Positions 42,129 through 50,276 of a DNA stretch of 64,000 nucleotides are shown piece after piece. The stretch is taken from the IMG/VR virus record IMGVR_UViG_3300030329_005813, positions 108,362-172,361 of that record, one strand, 5' to 3'. Below the pieces are notes generated by a model. The model had not been told where the DNA came from. It saw nothing but the letters and a program-made list of their open reading frames with translations, and searched no databases. Position numbers and translations under genes: made by a program. Numbering within the stretch: the stretch's first letter is position 1; every line of letters begins with the position of its first letter. The DNA is from a virus.

Positions 42129-43505
42129 TTATAAATATTTTGCTGCCATTGTTGCTACCTTAGATCTTTCGCCTTTTCGTAGAGTGACGTGACCTGACAG
42201 ATCAAGCGCTTTAAATTTTTCAACAGCGTGAACCAAGCCTGATGAAGTCTCATTTATATAGATGTTATCTATTTGCTCTATATCGCCTGTTAGAACGATT
42301 TTAGTCCCTTCCCCTACCCTAGTAAGGATTGTCTTGATCTCGTGTGCTGTGAGGTTCTGAGCCTCATCTATGACGATGTATGCATTGGCTATAGAGCGAC
42401 CTCGAATATAGGTAAGCGCTTCCATCTCAATAATACCTCGATCTAAATACTCATCTAAAGTTGTTTGATCGTCGCCAGTCAAAAACTTTAAATTATCTTG
42501 AATTGGCGCTAACCAAGGAGCCATTTTATCTTGCATAGAGCCTGGAAGGTACCCAATATCTTTGCCCATAGGCATTACAGGTCTTGACACGACAAGTTTT
42601 TTATACAATGAACTTTCAGTTGTAGAGTGCTTCTTACTTGAAGAGCCAAGCTTATTAGATAAGCGATCTACCGGATAATTTGGCATAACCTGCTCTAAGC
42701 CGGCCGCAATGGCCAATAGTGTCTTGCCTGATCCGGCTTTTCCGACTAAAGATATTACCTGAATGTCTGGATCCATTAAAAGATCTAGGGCGAACGCTTG
42801 TTCTTTATTTTTGGCTTTGACACCCCATAGGCCGGTTTTAAATTCACAGACTCGTAGAAGACTAGACCTATAATTTAAAAACCTACAGAGTGCTGTTTTC
42901 TTGTCGTTTGAACTTGAAACAAGCATAATAAACTGATTTGGGTGCAGACCAGGGTGTTCCTCTTCATCGATTATTATAATTTCGTCATCATAAAAGTGAT
43001 CGATGGTTTGATCATCCACTAATATTTCTGTAAAACCAGTGTATAGATCAGAGTCTTTTTTAATTATTTGATTTTCTGTGTAGTCTTCGCTTACTAGGCC
43101 AAGAGAATCACAAATGACACGCATATTAATATCGCGAGACACAACAATAGTTTTTCTGTTTCCATTTTCTTGGTTTTCTGCTAATGCGGTGGCAATAATT
43201 ATGTGGTCAGAAATGTTAGGATCTAAATCTGGTGGGCACTGAATATTAGCAGAACGTACCTTAAGTATGCCCTTTCCTTTTCCGATTCTTACGCCTTGTT
43301 GTAAGTTGCCTTTGGCTCTTAGTTCATCAAAAGTACGAATAATTGTTCGTGCATTAGAGCCAACACCATCTTGTCTTTTTTTGTGTTTATCAATTTCTTC
43401 TAAAACTTTTAAGGGTATTATAATATCATTATTTGAATAACTGTATATACAATTTGCATCTGATAAGCAAGCACTAGTGTCTAAGACGTAGGTTTTTTTG
43501 GCCAT
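42129..43505 (-). CDS. phoH: PhoH-family ATPase with an N-terminal PIN domain (PhoH2/YlaK-like)
   Basis: YVLDTS PIN motif, GKAGSGKT Walker A, IGYLPG, YIRGRS, IDEAQN, LTGD..QID. Confidence 0.95.
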   Translation of the reverse strand: MAKKTYVLDTSACLSDANCIYSYSNNDIIIPLKVLEEIDKHKKRQDGVGSNARTIIRTFDELRAKGNLQQGVRIGKGKGILKVRSANIQCPPDLDPNISDHIIIATALAENQENGNRKTIVVSRDINMRVICDSLGLVSEDYTENQIIKKDSDLYTGFTEILVDDQTIDHFYDDEIIIIDEEEHPGLHPNQFIMLVSSSNDKKTALCRFLNYRSSLLRVCEFKTGLWGVKAKNKEQAFALDLLMDPDIQVISLVGKAGSGKTLLAIAAGLEQVMPNYPVDRLSNKLGSSSKKHSTTESSLYKKLVVSRPVMPMGKDIGYLPGSMQDKMAPWLAPIQDNLKFLTGDDQTTLDEYLDRGIIEMEALTYIRGRSIANAYIVIDEAQNLTAHEIKTILTRVGEGTKIVLTGDIEQIDNIYINETSSGLVHAVEKFKALDLSGHVTLRKGERSKVATMAAKYL

Positions 43506-43552
43506 TTATATTTCCTTATTTTGCCTAATTTCCCCACTTATAAGTAGTTATA

Positions 43553-43583
43553 AACAAAAGAACCCACCTCAAAAGAAGTGGGT
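43553..43583 (-). terminator. Intrinsic terminator after tRNA-Thr
   Basis: Minus-strand hairpin ACCCACTTC-TTTT-GAGGTGGGT followed by TCTTTTGTTT. Confidence 0.7.
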
Positions 43584-43593
43584 ACCGGCAAAG

Positions 43594-43668
43594 AGCCAAC
43601 TATCAGATTCGAACTGATGACCTGCTGATTACAAATCAGCTGCTCTAAACCAACTGAGCTAAGTTGGC
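43594..43668 (-). tRNA. tRNA-Thr(UGU), CCA not encoded
   Basis: GCCAACT acceptor stem, TAGCTCAG D-arm, GCTGA-TTTGTAA-TCAGC anticodon arm, TTCGAAT T-loop. Confidence 0.95.
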
Positions 43669-43746
43669 GAAATGAGGCACCTGTTTAAAAACGCACAATG
43701 GTTTTAGTTTGTTTTAACCCCGTGCCTCCCTGCGGGTGGGGGGAAT

Positions 43747-44208
43747 CTATTCTAATGCTACTTGTTTAATATATTTTTCGCGATCTAATACTCTTTTAGT
43801 AGTAGTGGCTGTATTGACTAAATTTGAACTACTGCGAACTTTATTTCCACCAACATTGTATACCATCTCTATTCCTAATTCTTTACAAATTTTAGATTCC
43901 GGAGTATTAGTAGAAACTCTATCTCCACCATTTGCAAAAATATCTGGTTTTAAAACTTTAAGTGATTCACAAACTGTCTTGTCGTCGTCTAAAGCCTCAA
44001 CAACATTGTCAACGCATTCGAACGCAGAAATAATTTCTGCTCGCTCTTCCCAGGTCATAAAAACATAACCTTTTTTTCTCTTAAGCCAATTATCAGAGTT
44101 AATAATAACTGTTAAACTACCTAATTTTGCTGCTTCTTGAAGCATTCTTAAGTGACCTACATGAATCGGGTCAAAGCCGCCTGATACAGCGACTGTCTTT
44201 TTACTCAT
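43747..44208 (-). CDS. HxGH cytidyltransferase (glycerol-3-phosphate CT / RfaE-II / FAD synthase-like)
   Basis: SGGFDPIHVGH, NSD.WL..KKG, ANGGDR, KVRSSS. Confidence 0.9.
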   Translation of the reverse strand: MSKKTVAVSGGFDPIHVGHLRMLQEAAKLGSLTVIINSDNWLKRKKGYVFMTWEERAEIISAFECVDNVVEALDDDKTVCESLKVLKPDIFANGGDRVSTNTPESKICKELGIEMVYNVGGNKVRSSSNLVNTATTTKRVLDREKYIKQVALE

Positions 44209-44392
44209 CTACAACCTCTAATTTTTGTATTAAACAATCTTGAATTCCTAATATTTTAGATTGTTCAATATTTCCATACATAATTTGAAATGTTGTGAAA
44301 CTAACTACTGTTGCAATTGTTGCTCCAAATATTGTTCCTAAGCAAAACATAACATTTTTTTTAACAAAACTATTAATTATTTTCATTTGCAA
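44201..44392 (-). CDS. Small membrane protein
   Basis: One hydrophobic helix; preceded by an ACTATTTA motif. Confidence 0.55.
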   Translation of the reverse strand: MQMKIINSFVKKNVMFCLGTIFGATIATVVSFTTFQIMYGNIEQSKILGIQDCLIQKLEVVDE

Positions 44393-44451
44393 GCCTTCCC
44401 TACTCTATACTGTAAATAGTGTAGTAACAAGCATTAATTAATAATATTTTA

Positions 44452-44528
44452 TGGTACGCCCTGTAGGATTCGAACCTACGACCTACGGCTTAGAAGGCCG
44501 TTGCTCTATCCAGCTGAGCTAAGGGCGC
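44452..44528 (-). tRNA. tRNA-Arg(UCU), CCA encoded
   Basis: GCGCCCTTAGCTCAG...ACGGC-CTTCTAA-GCCGT...TTCGAAT...AGGGCGTACCA. Confidence 0.97.
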
Positions 44529-44726
44529 TTAATTTTTAATTAACATCCCTATGGGCCTTCGCTCTTCGTCTTCAAAGAAAAATTCAGTTTTGCTTTTTCC
44601 ATTTGGGGCAATATATTTGTGTCCTATGTATTTTTTTGCATATTTTATTGCATTTTCTTTTTTCTTGTATTTTTTAAGAAATTTTCCTCGAATGTGTTGA
44701 CCGTTCCAGGCCCATACTTCCCACAT
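44529..44726 (-). CDS. Small basic hypothetical protein
   Basis: AAAGGA SD; fills the gap between two tRNA genes. Confidence 0.65.
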   Translation of the reverse strand: MWEVWAWNGQHIRGKFLKKYKKKENAIKYAKKYIGHKYIAPNGKSKTEFFFEDEERRPIGMLIKN

Positions 44727-44740
44727 CTTTTATCCTTTAA

Positions 44741-44813
44741 TAGGCCCGGTGAGAATTGAACTCACGGCCTCCCGCTTATAAGACGGATGCTCTAACCTCT
44801 GAGCTACGGGCCT
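44741..44813 (-). tRNA. tRNA-Ile(UAU), CCA not encoded
   Basis: AGGCCCG/CGGGCCT acceptor stem, TCCGT-CTTATAA-GCGGG anticodon arm, GTGAG-TTCAATT-CTCAC T-arm. Confidence 0.92.
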
Positions 44814-44882
44814 TTAATTTTAGCATATGCTAAAGGCTCGTATTTGTATAAAAATATACACCAGAGTGTTAATCATACTAAT

Positions 44883-44911
44883 AATATAGCATCAATCTTG
44901 TCCTCTGTCAA
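44883..44911 (-). promoter_or_regulatory. Sigma70-like promoter upstream of the tRNA-Ile/tRNA-Arg unit
   Basis: TTGACA-N17-TATATT with a TGn extension. Confidence 0.7.
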
Positions 44912-45159
44912 GCTTTAAATAAAACTAAGTCTTTTAAAGCTTCTAAACAAATATATTTTTTTCCATTAATAATCCACTGAACATACACATAGCCTTCAAG
45001 CTTTAGTGGGCCGCCTGGAATTTTACAGTTATTTGGATTTCCAATTTTTGCTGGGTCTCTTGACCATATGAGACCATACGTATTTGTTTTTTGATTTTTA
45101 TATTTTACTCTTTGGCCTTGTTTAAAAGAGCTTTTCTTTTTTCTTTTTCTAATTGCCAA
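44908..45159 (-). CDS. Small basic hypothetical protein (SH3/KOW-like pattern)
   Basis: FKQGQRVKYK...YGLIW...YVYVQW. Confidence 0.55.
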   Translation of the reverse strand: MAIRKRKKKSSFKQGQRVKYKNQKTNTYGLIWSRDPAKIGNPNNCKIPGGPLKLEGYVYVQWIINGKKYICLEALKDLVLFKA

Positions 45160-45809
45160 TTTTTAAGTCTTATTATGTCGTTTTCAATAGTAACATATGA
45201 TTGATGTTCGACCCAATCACCCGTATTGACATAGGTTTTAATATCTTCATCTTTGTCAACCCAGATAAGCACTTCCGGAGTGTGGACATGACCCATTATA
45301 AATACATCGGCGTCTTTGTTCCACTCAATAATATCCCAAATTCTTTTTGCTTTTCTTAGACGTAAATTATGATACCACGTTGTTAAATCAATATTTTTCC
45401 ATCTTTCAATAAAATCTTGTACTATAGAAATAATGCTTATGATAAAACGATGGTGAATAATACCTTTTTCATATTTATCTCCGTGTTCTATTCTATATTT
45501 TCTTTTACCTTCAATAAATTCATATTTATCAACAAAGTGTACACCAAATACTTCTTTGTTAATTAAATTTTGAAAAGATTTATCGTGATTTCCTATGATG
45601 TAAATTACTTTGTTTTTAAAATTTTCTATTATTTTAAATAAAGCATAACTGTGATCTGTGAAAGATGGAATTTTTATAAAATCTATGATGTCACCAGCTA
45701 AAATTAATTCATCACAATCATCTGAAATTGAAAACAAAAATTCAATTAATGCTTCTTCATTAGCATACTTACTACCAATATGAAGATCTGATATAATAAC
45801 TCTTTTCAT
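45105..45809 (-). CDS. Calcineurin-like metallophosphoesterase (LpxH-like)
   Basis: ISDLHIG, LAGDIID, IGNHD, HGD, MGHVH, NTGDW. Start placed at 45809 because the upstream extension overlaps the tmRNA. Confidence 0.9.
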   Translation of the reverse strand: MKRVIISDLHIGSKYANEEALIEFLFSISDDCDELILAGDIIDFIKIPSFTDHSYALFKIIENFKNKVIYIIGNHDKSFQNLINKEVFGVHFVDKYEFIEGKRKYRIEHGDKYEKGIIHHRFIISIISIVQDFIERWKNIDLTTWYHNLRLRKAKRIWDIIEWNKDADVFIMGHVHTPEVLIWVDKDEDIKTYVNTGDWVEHQSYVTIENDIIRLKNWQLEKEKRKALLNKAKE

Positions 45810-45832
45810 ATTGTACTCTTTATGTAAATAGA

Positions 45833-46165
45833 TGGAGGTGGCGGGATTCGAACCCGCGTCCGCAATAATTTTCAATTCAAGTCATTCACAGGCTTGGATA
45901 GTTTTTACTCCACAAACTAACAAATGTAGGCCTTTTTATCCAACTATTTTTGGCCAATAATAGCTCGGGTGTTTTATTTTCAGCAGAACCATCTGCTTAT
46001 CTGGATTTGGGTAATAAGGTAACCAGAGACCCCACGATTAAGCCGCTAAGCGAACAGATTCGAAATGATTATTGTTATTGGCAATTATCAAGTTGTTTGA
46101 TTTTTAAGTCTCACGACTGCCTGCACTATCTTTTTCCATTACCCCGTCGAAACCAAAGCACCCCC
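45833..46165 (-). ncRNA. ssrA: tmRNA, tag peptide (A)ANNNNHFESVRLAA*
   Basis: 5' GGGGGTGCTTTGGTTTCGACGGGG and 3' GGACGCGGGTTCGAATCCCGCCACCTCCA give an Ala acceptor stem with G3:U70; tag frame at 46038-46082 ends LAA-stop. Confidence 0.95.
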
Positions 46166-46173
46166 TTAATATA

Positions 46174-46326
46174 TTATATTAAGTTGGTAATAATTGTGCT
46201 TACAACATTATTAAAATCAATTGTAAAAGTAACCCAATAAGTTACTATTAATGTTACCATTAACCCACTAAATATTCCATACTCTACAGCTGTGCTACCA
46301 ACATCATTTTTAAAAAATCTATTCAT
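46174..46326 (-). CDS. Flp/Fap (type IVb/Tad) pilin-like protein, 50 aa (absent from ORF track)
   Basis: MNRFFKNDVG^STAVEYGIFSGLMVTLIVTYWVTF...: prepilin G^xxxEY motif plus a hydrophobic helix; AGGGAG SD; ACTATTTA motif upstream. Confidence 0.75.
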   Translation of the reverse strand: MNRFFKNDVGSTAVEYGIFSGLMVTLIVTYWVTFTIDFNNVVSTIITNLI

Positions 46327-46377
46327 TTTTTTCTCCCTATACGCCCTTTCTTGAGATGAGCCAAATAAATAGTATTT

Positions 46378-46731
46378 CTAATTTTCAAAGTATGATATTG
46401 GTTTGTATTTTTTCTTTAATTTCTGGAAATAATCCGGTCTCAGTCCCAAAAGTCTCATAGCTTCCACTTGAGTTCTGGTAGCTGAGTAAGCATACTTAAA
46501 CATAGCATCTTTTACTATGTTTGTCAAGTTATGCCATATAGGAAATCCATAAAGTCTATTATTAACTGGCTTACTGGCTAACTCCATTTTAAGACCAATT
46601 ATTTCTTCAAGAGTTAAATTACTGAGCATTATTTCAAAGTCAATATTTATTTTTTTCTCTTGACGTAGCTTCTTAGATAGACTATAATAGGTATTACGTC
46701 CTTTCCTTAATTTCTTTCTTTTCCAAGACAT
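46378..46731 (-). CDS. Basic hypothetical protein, possible C-terminal HTH
   Basis: TRTQVEAMRLLGLRPDYFQKLKKKY resembles a Fis-type HTH; appears to be leaderless. Confidence 0.65.
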   Translation of the reverse strand: MSWKRKKLRKGRNTYYSLSKKLRQEKKINIDFEIMLSNLTLEEIIGLKMELASKPVNNRLYGFPIWHNLTNIVKDAMFKYAYSATRTQVEAMRLLGLRPDYFQKLKKKYKPISYFEN

Positions 46732-46737
46732 ATATAT

Positions 46738-46766
46738 ATTATAATATATTATATACTATATGTCAA
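46738..46766 (-). promoter_or_regulatory. Consensus sigma70 promoter giving a leaderless transcript
   Basis: TTGACA-N17-TATAAT ending 6 nt before the ATG at 46731. Confidence 0.75.
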
Positions 46767-47547
46767 GTATTTCAAATAATTCATCCTCACCAGAAGGTTG
46801 ATCTATTTTTTCTTTTTCATACTCAGGTGTTGTTGGTTCAGGTAAATTTGTTGTTAACACATCTTCAAATCTATCTCTCCAAAGAAGAACATTTGTTTTT
46901 AAATAATCGTGATATAACTCTCTATCTTCATCATTAGCTAATTCACCAAAATCATCTACAATAGTACCTTGAATTTGCTTAAATGTTCCAAGTGCGACAT
47001 TACGACCAGTTTCATCGTGTTCTTTGTCACCTATGCCTCTTGTCAAAAGCTCTTCATCATCATCAATTTCTATTTCTTCTTCCGGCTCTTCTTCTTCGCC
47101 ACCTAGGCCCAAATCACCAATATCAATAAATTTATCTTCCGTGCCAATATTAATATCTACTTCCTCTTCCAGTTCTACCTCATCAGCAGCCTCTGGGGCG
47201 TCAATATTAGTCTCGATAGGCGCCAATAGATTGTCAATACCATTTATTAAATGTGCCATATAAGATTTTCTTTGAGCTGGATCAGTTGTTAGGCTCAAAT
47301 AATCATCTTTGATTTGAGGGATAACTTTCTTAAGAGTTTTACGAAGAATGTTAATACCAGTTTTCTCGTGTGGGGCCTCGTCACCAACAGCAGTTTTTTC
47401 TAACAATAATGCTTTTTGAATAACTTTTCTTAATGTTTGTTCTTCCAGATATTGTTGCTTTTTATTATTAGATCTAACTTTTTTTATAATTTGACGAATA
47501 ACTTTTCTTAATACTTGCTCTTCGATTAATTCTTTTCTATCAACCAT
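46756..47547 (-). CDS. Acidic hypothetical protein, possible head-internal/scaffold-like
   Basis: Duplicated EEQxLRKVI N-terminal motif, Glu-rich tracts, ACTATTTA motif upstream. Confidence 0.7.
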   Translation of the reverse strand: MVDRKELIEEQVLRKVIRQIIKKVRSNNKKQQYLEEQTLRKVIQKALLLEKTAVGDEAPHEKTGINILRKTLKKVIPQIKDDYLSLTTDPAQRKSYMAHLINGIDNLLAPIETNIDAPEAADEVELEEEVDINIGTEDKFIDIGDLGLGGEEEEPEEEIEIDDDEELLTRGIGDKEHDETGRNVALGTFKQIQGTIVDDFGELANDEDRELYHDYLKTNVLLWRDRFEDVLTTNLPEPTTPEYEKEKIDQPSGEDELFEILDI

Positions 47548-49699
47548 AGTGTAGCCCCTTATACTGTAATAAATAGTTTAAAACACGTTCAACGACTACA
47601 TCTTTTTCATCTTCCTCTTCGGTAGGTTCTTCTTCGCGAATAAGGGTTGATTTTTTATTTTTCCCAGCGCCACCTTCAACAGCACCGCCACCTGCTCCTC
47701 CCGCAGCCGAAATTTCTTCTACAGTACCATCTTGTAAGCCATCCATTTCCATATATGGCTTTTCTTTTTTCTTTTCGTTCAAAACTTCATACACCAATTC
47801 TGTGATAGCGCTTTCAAGACCACCAGCGGGTTCGGCAGATTCAGGCTGAACTCCCAAAATAGATAAAATGTCAGCAGGATCTGTATTATCTGGTATAAAT
47901 TTTTCTAGTCCCTGGCCCGTATCTAAAGCAGCACGAAAAGCAGAAGCGCTTAAAGGAGCCTCATCCGGCGCACTATAATACCAATCCATAATATTAGCTG
48001 GTATTACTCCATCTAACATTCCTTCTACTCCACGATGAAACTTAATAAATCTATTATAGTCTGGCTGCCCTCTGCTGTCAGGCTTGTTGCTAGCTGCTGG
48101 TATGACTAAATCTCCTGGCTGGGGTATATAGTCTGGGACTGTTCCTTTTAAGACTTCATATGAATTTTGCACAGGACTATTCCACGGCGCTGCCAAAATT
48201 AATACTTTATCGGATATACCAGCATCTTGTAAGTAGGTATTCCAAATTTGTTCTGAGACTCCACGATCAACAGGTCGCCCAGCTGGCGTTTTCCTGTCGA
48301 GTGGAGAAATAAAAATATAAACCATATCTGCGCCTTTCTCCAATAGAGATAAGACAACATTTAAATGACCTTTATGGGGAGGCTTAAATGCACCAGGAAA
48401 AACAGCTATTTTTCTTTTAACGTCTTGAACGTTGGCTTCTTCTTCATCTAGTTTTTGCAAAGGAGGTACGCTTCCGCGGCCATACTTAAAAAGACCAAGA
48501 AGTTGATTCATTGGCGCAAAGTTTCCAGTAAACTTATAGGTGACTCCATCATAATCAAAAACAAAACCTTCGGCTGCTGTTGAAACGCCTTCAACATCTT
48601 TTAGTTTGCTCATCTGTTTGGTTAGGATTTCCATCGCTTCTTCAGAACCGCTCTCTTCGATGGCTTTAATGGCCCTAGAAGTCTCTTGTCGAAGTCTTTC
48701 GACTTCGGATACGTTATCTAGAATGAATGCGCTCTCAAGCCCTCTAAGCATCTCTACGGAGAAGTCGTGTACAATCTCTTCAACTGGTGCAATAGCATCC
48801 TTAAGTAGAGCACTAGAATTTTTAACTAAATCACGTACTATAGCAATTGATTCTGCGTCTTCTTTTGGAATTAAACCAAGAACTTTTCTAATATTTCCGC
48901 CCTCTTCTTTAAAAATACGTTTTAAAAGTTCCATATTAGCTTCATCAGATAAAGAAATGCGCTGATCAATAGCTTTTTCAACGCGTGAAATCATATATTC
49001 TCCAACAGTTTGGTTGTCAGAGATGCCAGCTTGACTTAAAACACTTTCTAAACGTGCTATAGCTAAGTTAACAGCAGTATCATCACTTAAAGCTTCAAGA
49101 CGCCGAATAGCATTCATTTGAACGTAAAATCTTCCTTCTTCACGTTCTCCTTGAACTCTTTCTAGCGCGGCAGCTAATTTTTTAGCATTTTTTGAAACAT
49201 CGCGACCGGTTGGTCGACCGGTTTCTCTATCATATTCATTATGGCCAACTCTATGAATAGTTAAAGTAGGTAAATCATAATTAATAAGATTTGCTGCACG
49301 AGGATCTTGAACTTCGGCATTATAATAAACATTTGTGTCTGGTCCGAATATTTCTTCACGCTCTTCAATGGACATTTTGCCAACAGCTTCTTCAAAAGCA
49401 GCAAATGCTTCATTAAAAGCTGTTTCTAGTGCGCCACGTCCACCAAACTTTTCTGCCAGTCCAGCAGCGTCTAAACCTCCATCCTTAATATTTCCTTTAT
49501 TTCTAGCTGCTCTAGCCGAACTAGTTCTAATATTATAGGATAATTGAAGATTTTGACCATCTGTTTTTTCAGTACCTTTTAACTCGCCCCCTGAAGCAGC
49601 TTGAAAAACTTGTTTCATTTCGCGAAAAGTTAAATTTGGATTATCATACAGATGATTCATGTGGCCAGCGACGCCACCCTCTGAAAGAAATCGGCCCAT
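47540..49699 (-). CDS. Fusion protein: ligase-type nucleotidyltransferase-like domain plus HxGH cytidylyl/adenylyltransferase domain
   Basis: EKTDGQN (motif I KxDG), NAE, AEGFVF (motif IV), YKFTG (motif V); then FPGAFKPPHKGH and LSASAFR. Confidence 0.65.
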   Translation of the reverse strand: MGRFLSEGGVAGHMNHLYDNPNLTFREMKQVFQAASGGELKGTEKTDGQNLQLSYNIRTSSARAARNKGNIKDGGLDAAGLAEKFGGRGALETAFNEAFAAFEEAVGKMSIEEREEIFGPDTNVYYNAEVQDPRAANLINYDLPTLTIHRVGHNEYDRETGRPTGRDVSKNAKKLAAALERVQGEREEGRFYVQMNAIRRLEALSDDTAVNLAIARLESVLSQAGISDNQTVGEYMISRVEKAIDQRISLSDEANMELLKRIFKEEGGNIRKVLGLIPKEDAESIAIVRDLVKNSSALLKDAIAPVEEIVHDFSVEMLRGLESAFILDNVSEVERLRQETSRAIKAIEESGSEEAMEILTKQMSKLKDVEGVSTAAEGFVFDYDGVTYKFTGNFAPMNQLLGLFKYGRGSVPPLQKLDEEEANVQDVKRKIAVFPGAFKPPHKGHLNVVLSLLEKGADMVYIFISPLDRKTPAGRPVDRGVSEQIWNTYLQDAGISDKVLILAAPWNSPVQNSYEVLKGTVPDYIPQPGDLVIPAASNKPDSRGQPDYNRFIKFHRGVEGMLDGVIPANIMDWYYSAPDEAPLSASAFRAALDTGQGLEKFIPDNTDPADILSILGVQPESAEPAGGLESAITELVYEVLNEKKKEKPYMEMDGLQDGTVEEISAAGGAGGGAVEGGAGKNKKSTLIREEEPTEEEDEKDVVVERVLNYLLQYKGLHYG

Positions 49700-49707
49700 A
49701 TTTATTT

Positions 49708-50010
49708 TTATTCCTTGGTAGATTTAGGTTTTCTACGTCGATAAGTTCTTTTGGGCTTAGGCTCAGGCACAGGTGTCTCTTCGGCCACAACTTCTTCCAC
49801 AACCTTTTCCACAACCAATTCTGGTTCAGGCTCGGGCTCTGGTTCGGGCTCTGGTTCTACAACTACTGCAACAGGCTCGGGCTCAGGTGCCGGCGCAGGA
49901 CTTTCAAGTCCTAGGGCTAATCTATATTTTTTGGCTTTTTCACTACTAGGGTCAGCAACCCTTGCAAGTTTTGCCATAAGCTTACGTCTTTGTCCTTTGG
50001 AAAGGCTCAT
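49708..50010 (-). CDS. Low-complexity protein with PE repeats and basic ends
   Basis: EPEPEPEPEPE tract; AAGGAG SD. Confidence 0.7.
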   Translation of the reverse strand: MSLSKGQRRKLMAKLARVADPSSEKAKKYRLALGLESPAPAPEPEPVAVVVEPEPEPEPEPEPELVVEKVVEEVVAEETPVPEPKPKRTYRRRKPKSTKE

Positions 50011-50024
50011 TTTAAAATTCTCCT

Positions 50025-50273
50025 TTAACTATTTTTGTTATCTTTAATAACTTTGCAGGGCTTGTAATCAGTATCCGCTGCATTAAACCTTCTACGCAAA
50101 CTTAATGGTCCCGGCACACATTTTGAAAATGGAATTTGCGGTGTAATAGTTTGACTAGAAAATACTTTTTCTTGACCAGAGCCGTAGGCCTGTTGTTGGC
50201 CTTGGATTTGATCTGTTTTGTCTTTAAACGAATTGATTGATCCGTCGTCTGAAATTAATGGCTGGCGCTCCAT
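50025..50273 (-). CDS. Hypothetical protein
   Basis: ORF packed in the operon. Confidence 0.55.
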   Translation of the reverse strand: MERQPLISDDGSINSFKDKTDQIQGQQQAYGSGQEKVFSSQTITPQIPFSKCVPGPLSLRRRFNAADTDYKPCKVIKDNKNS

Positions 50274-50276
50274 AGA

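Noticed and set aside
43671-43745. Theta/HDV-like ribozyme next to the tRNA
   Set aside because: The CCTCCCTGCGG stretch resembles HDV L3 only on the strand opposite the tRNA, and I could not build P1/P2/P4. Kept only as an unassigned structured element.
45810-46240. ORF 45950-46240 (+) and the N-terminal extension of the phosphoesterase to 45875
   Set aside because: Both overlap the tmRNA; the extension is simply the translated T-arm and acceptor stem.
49751-50047. Plus-strand GSGSGS-rich ORF
   Set aside because: It is the antisense shadow of the PE-repeat gene, which has a proper SD and operon context.
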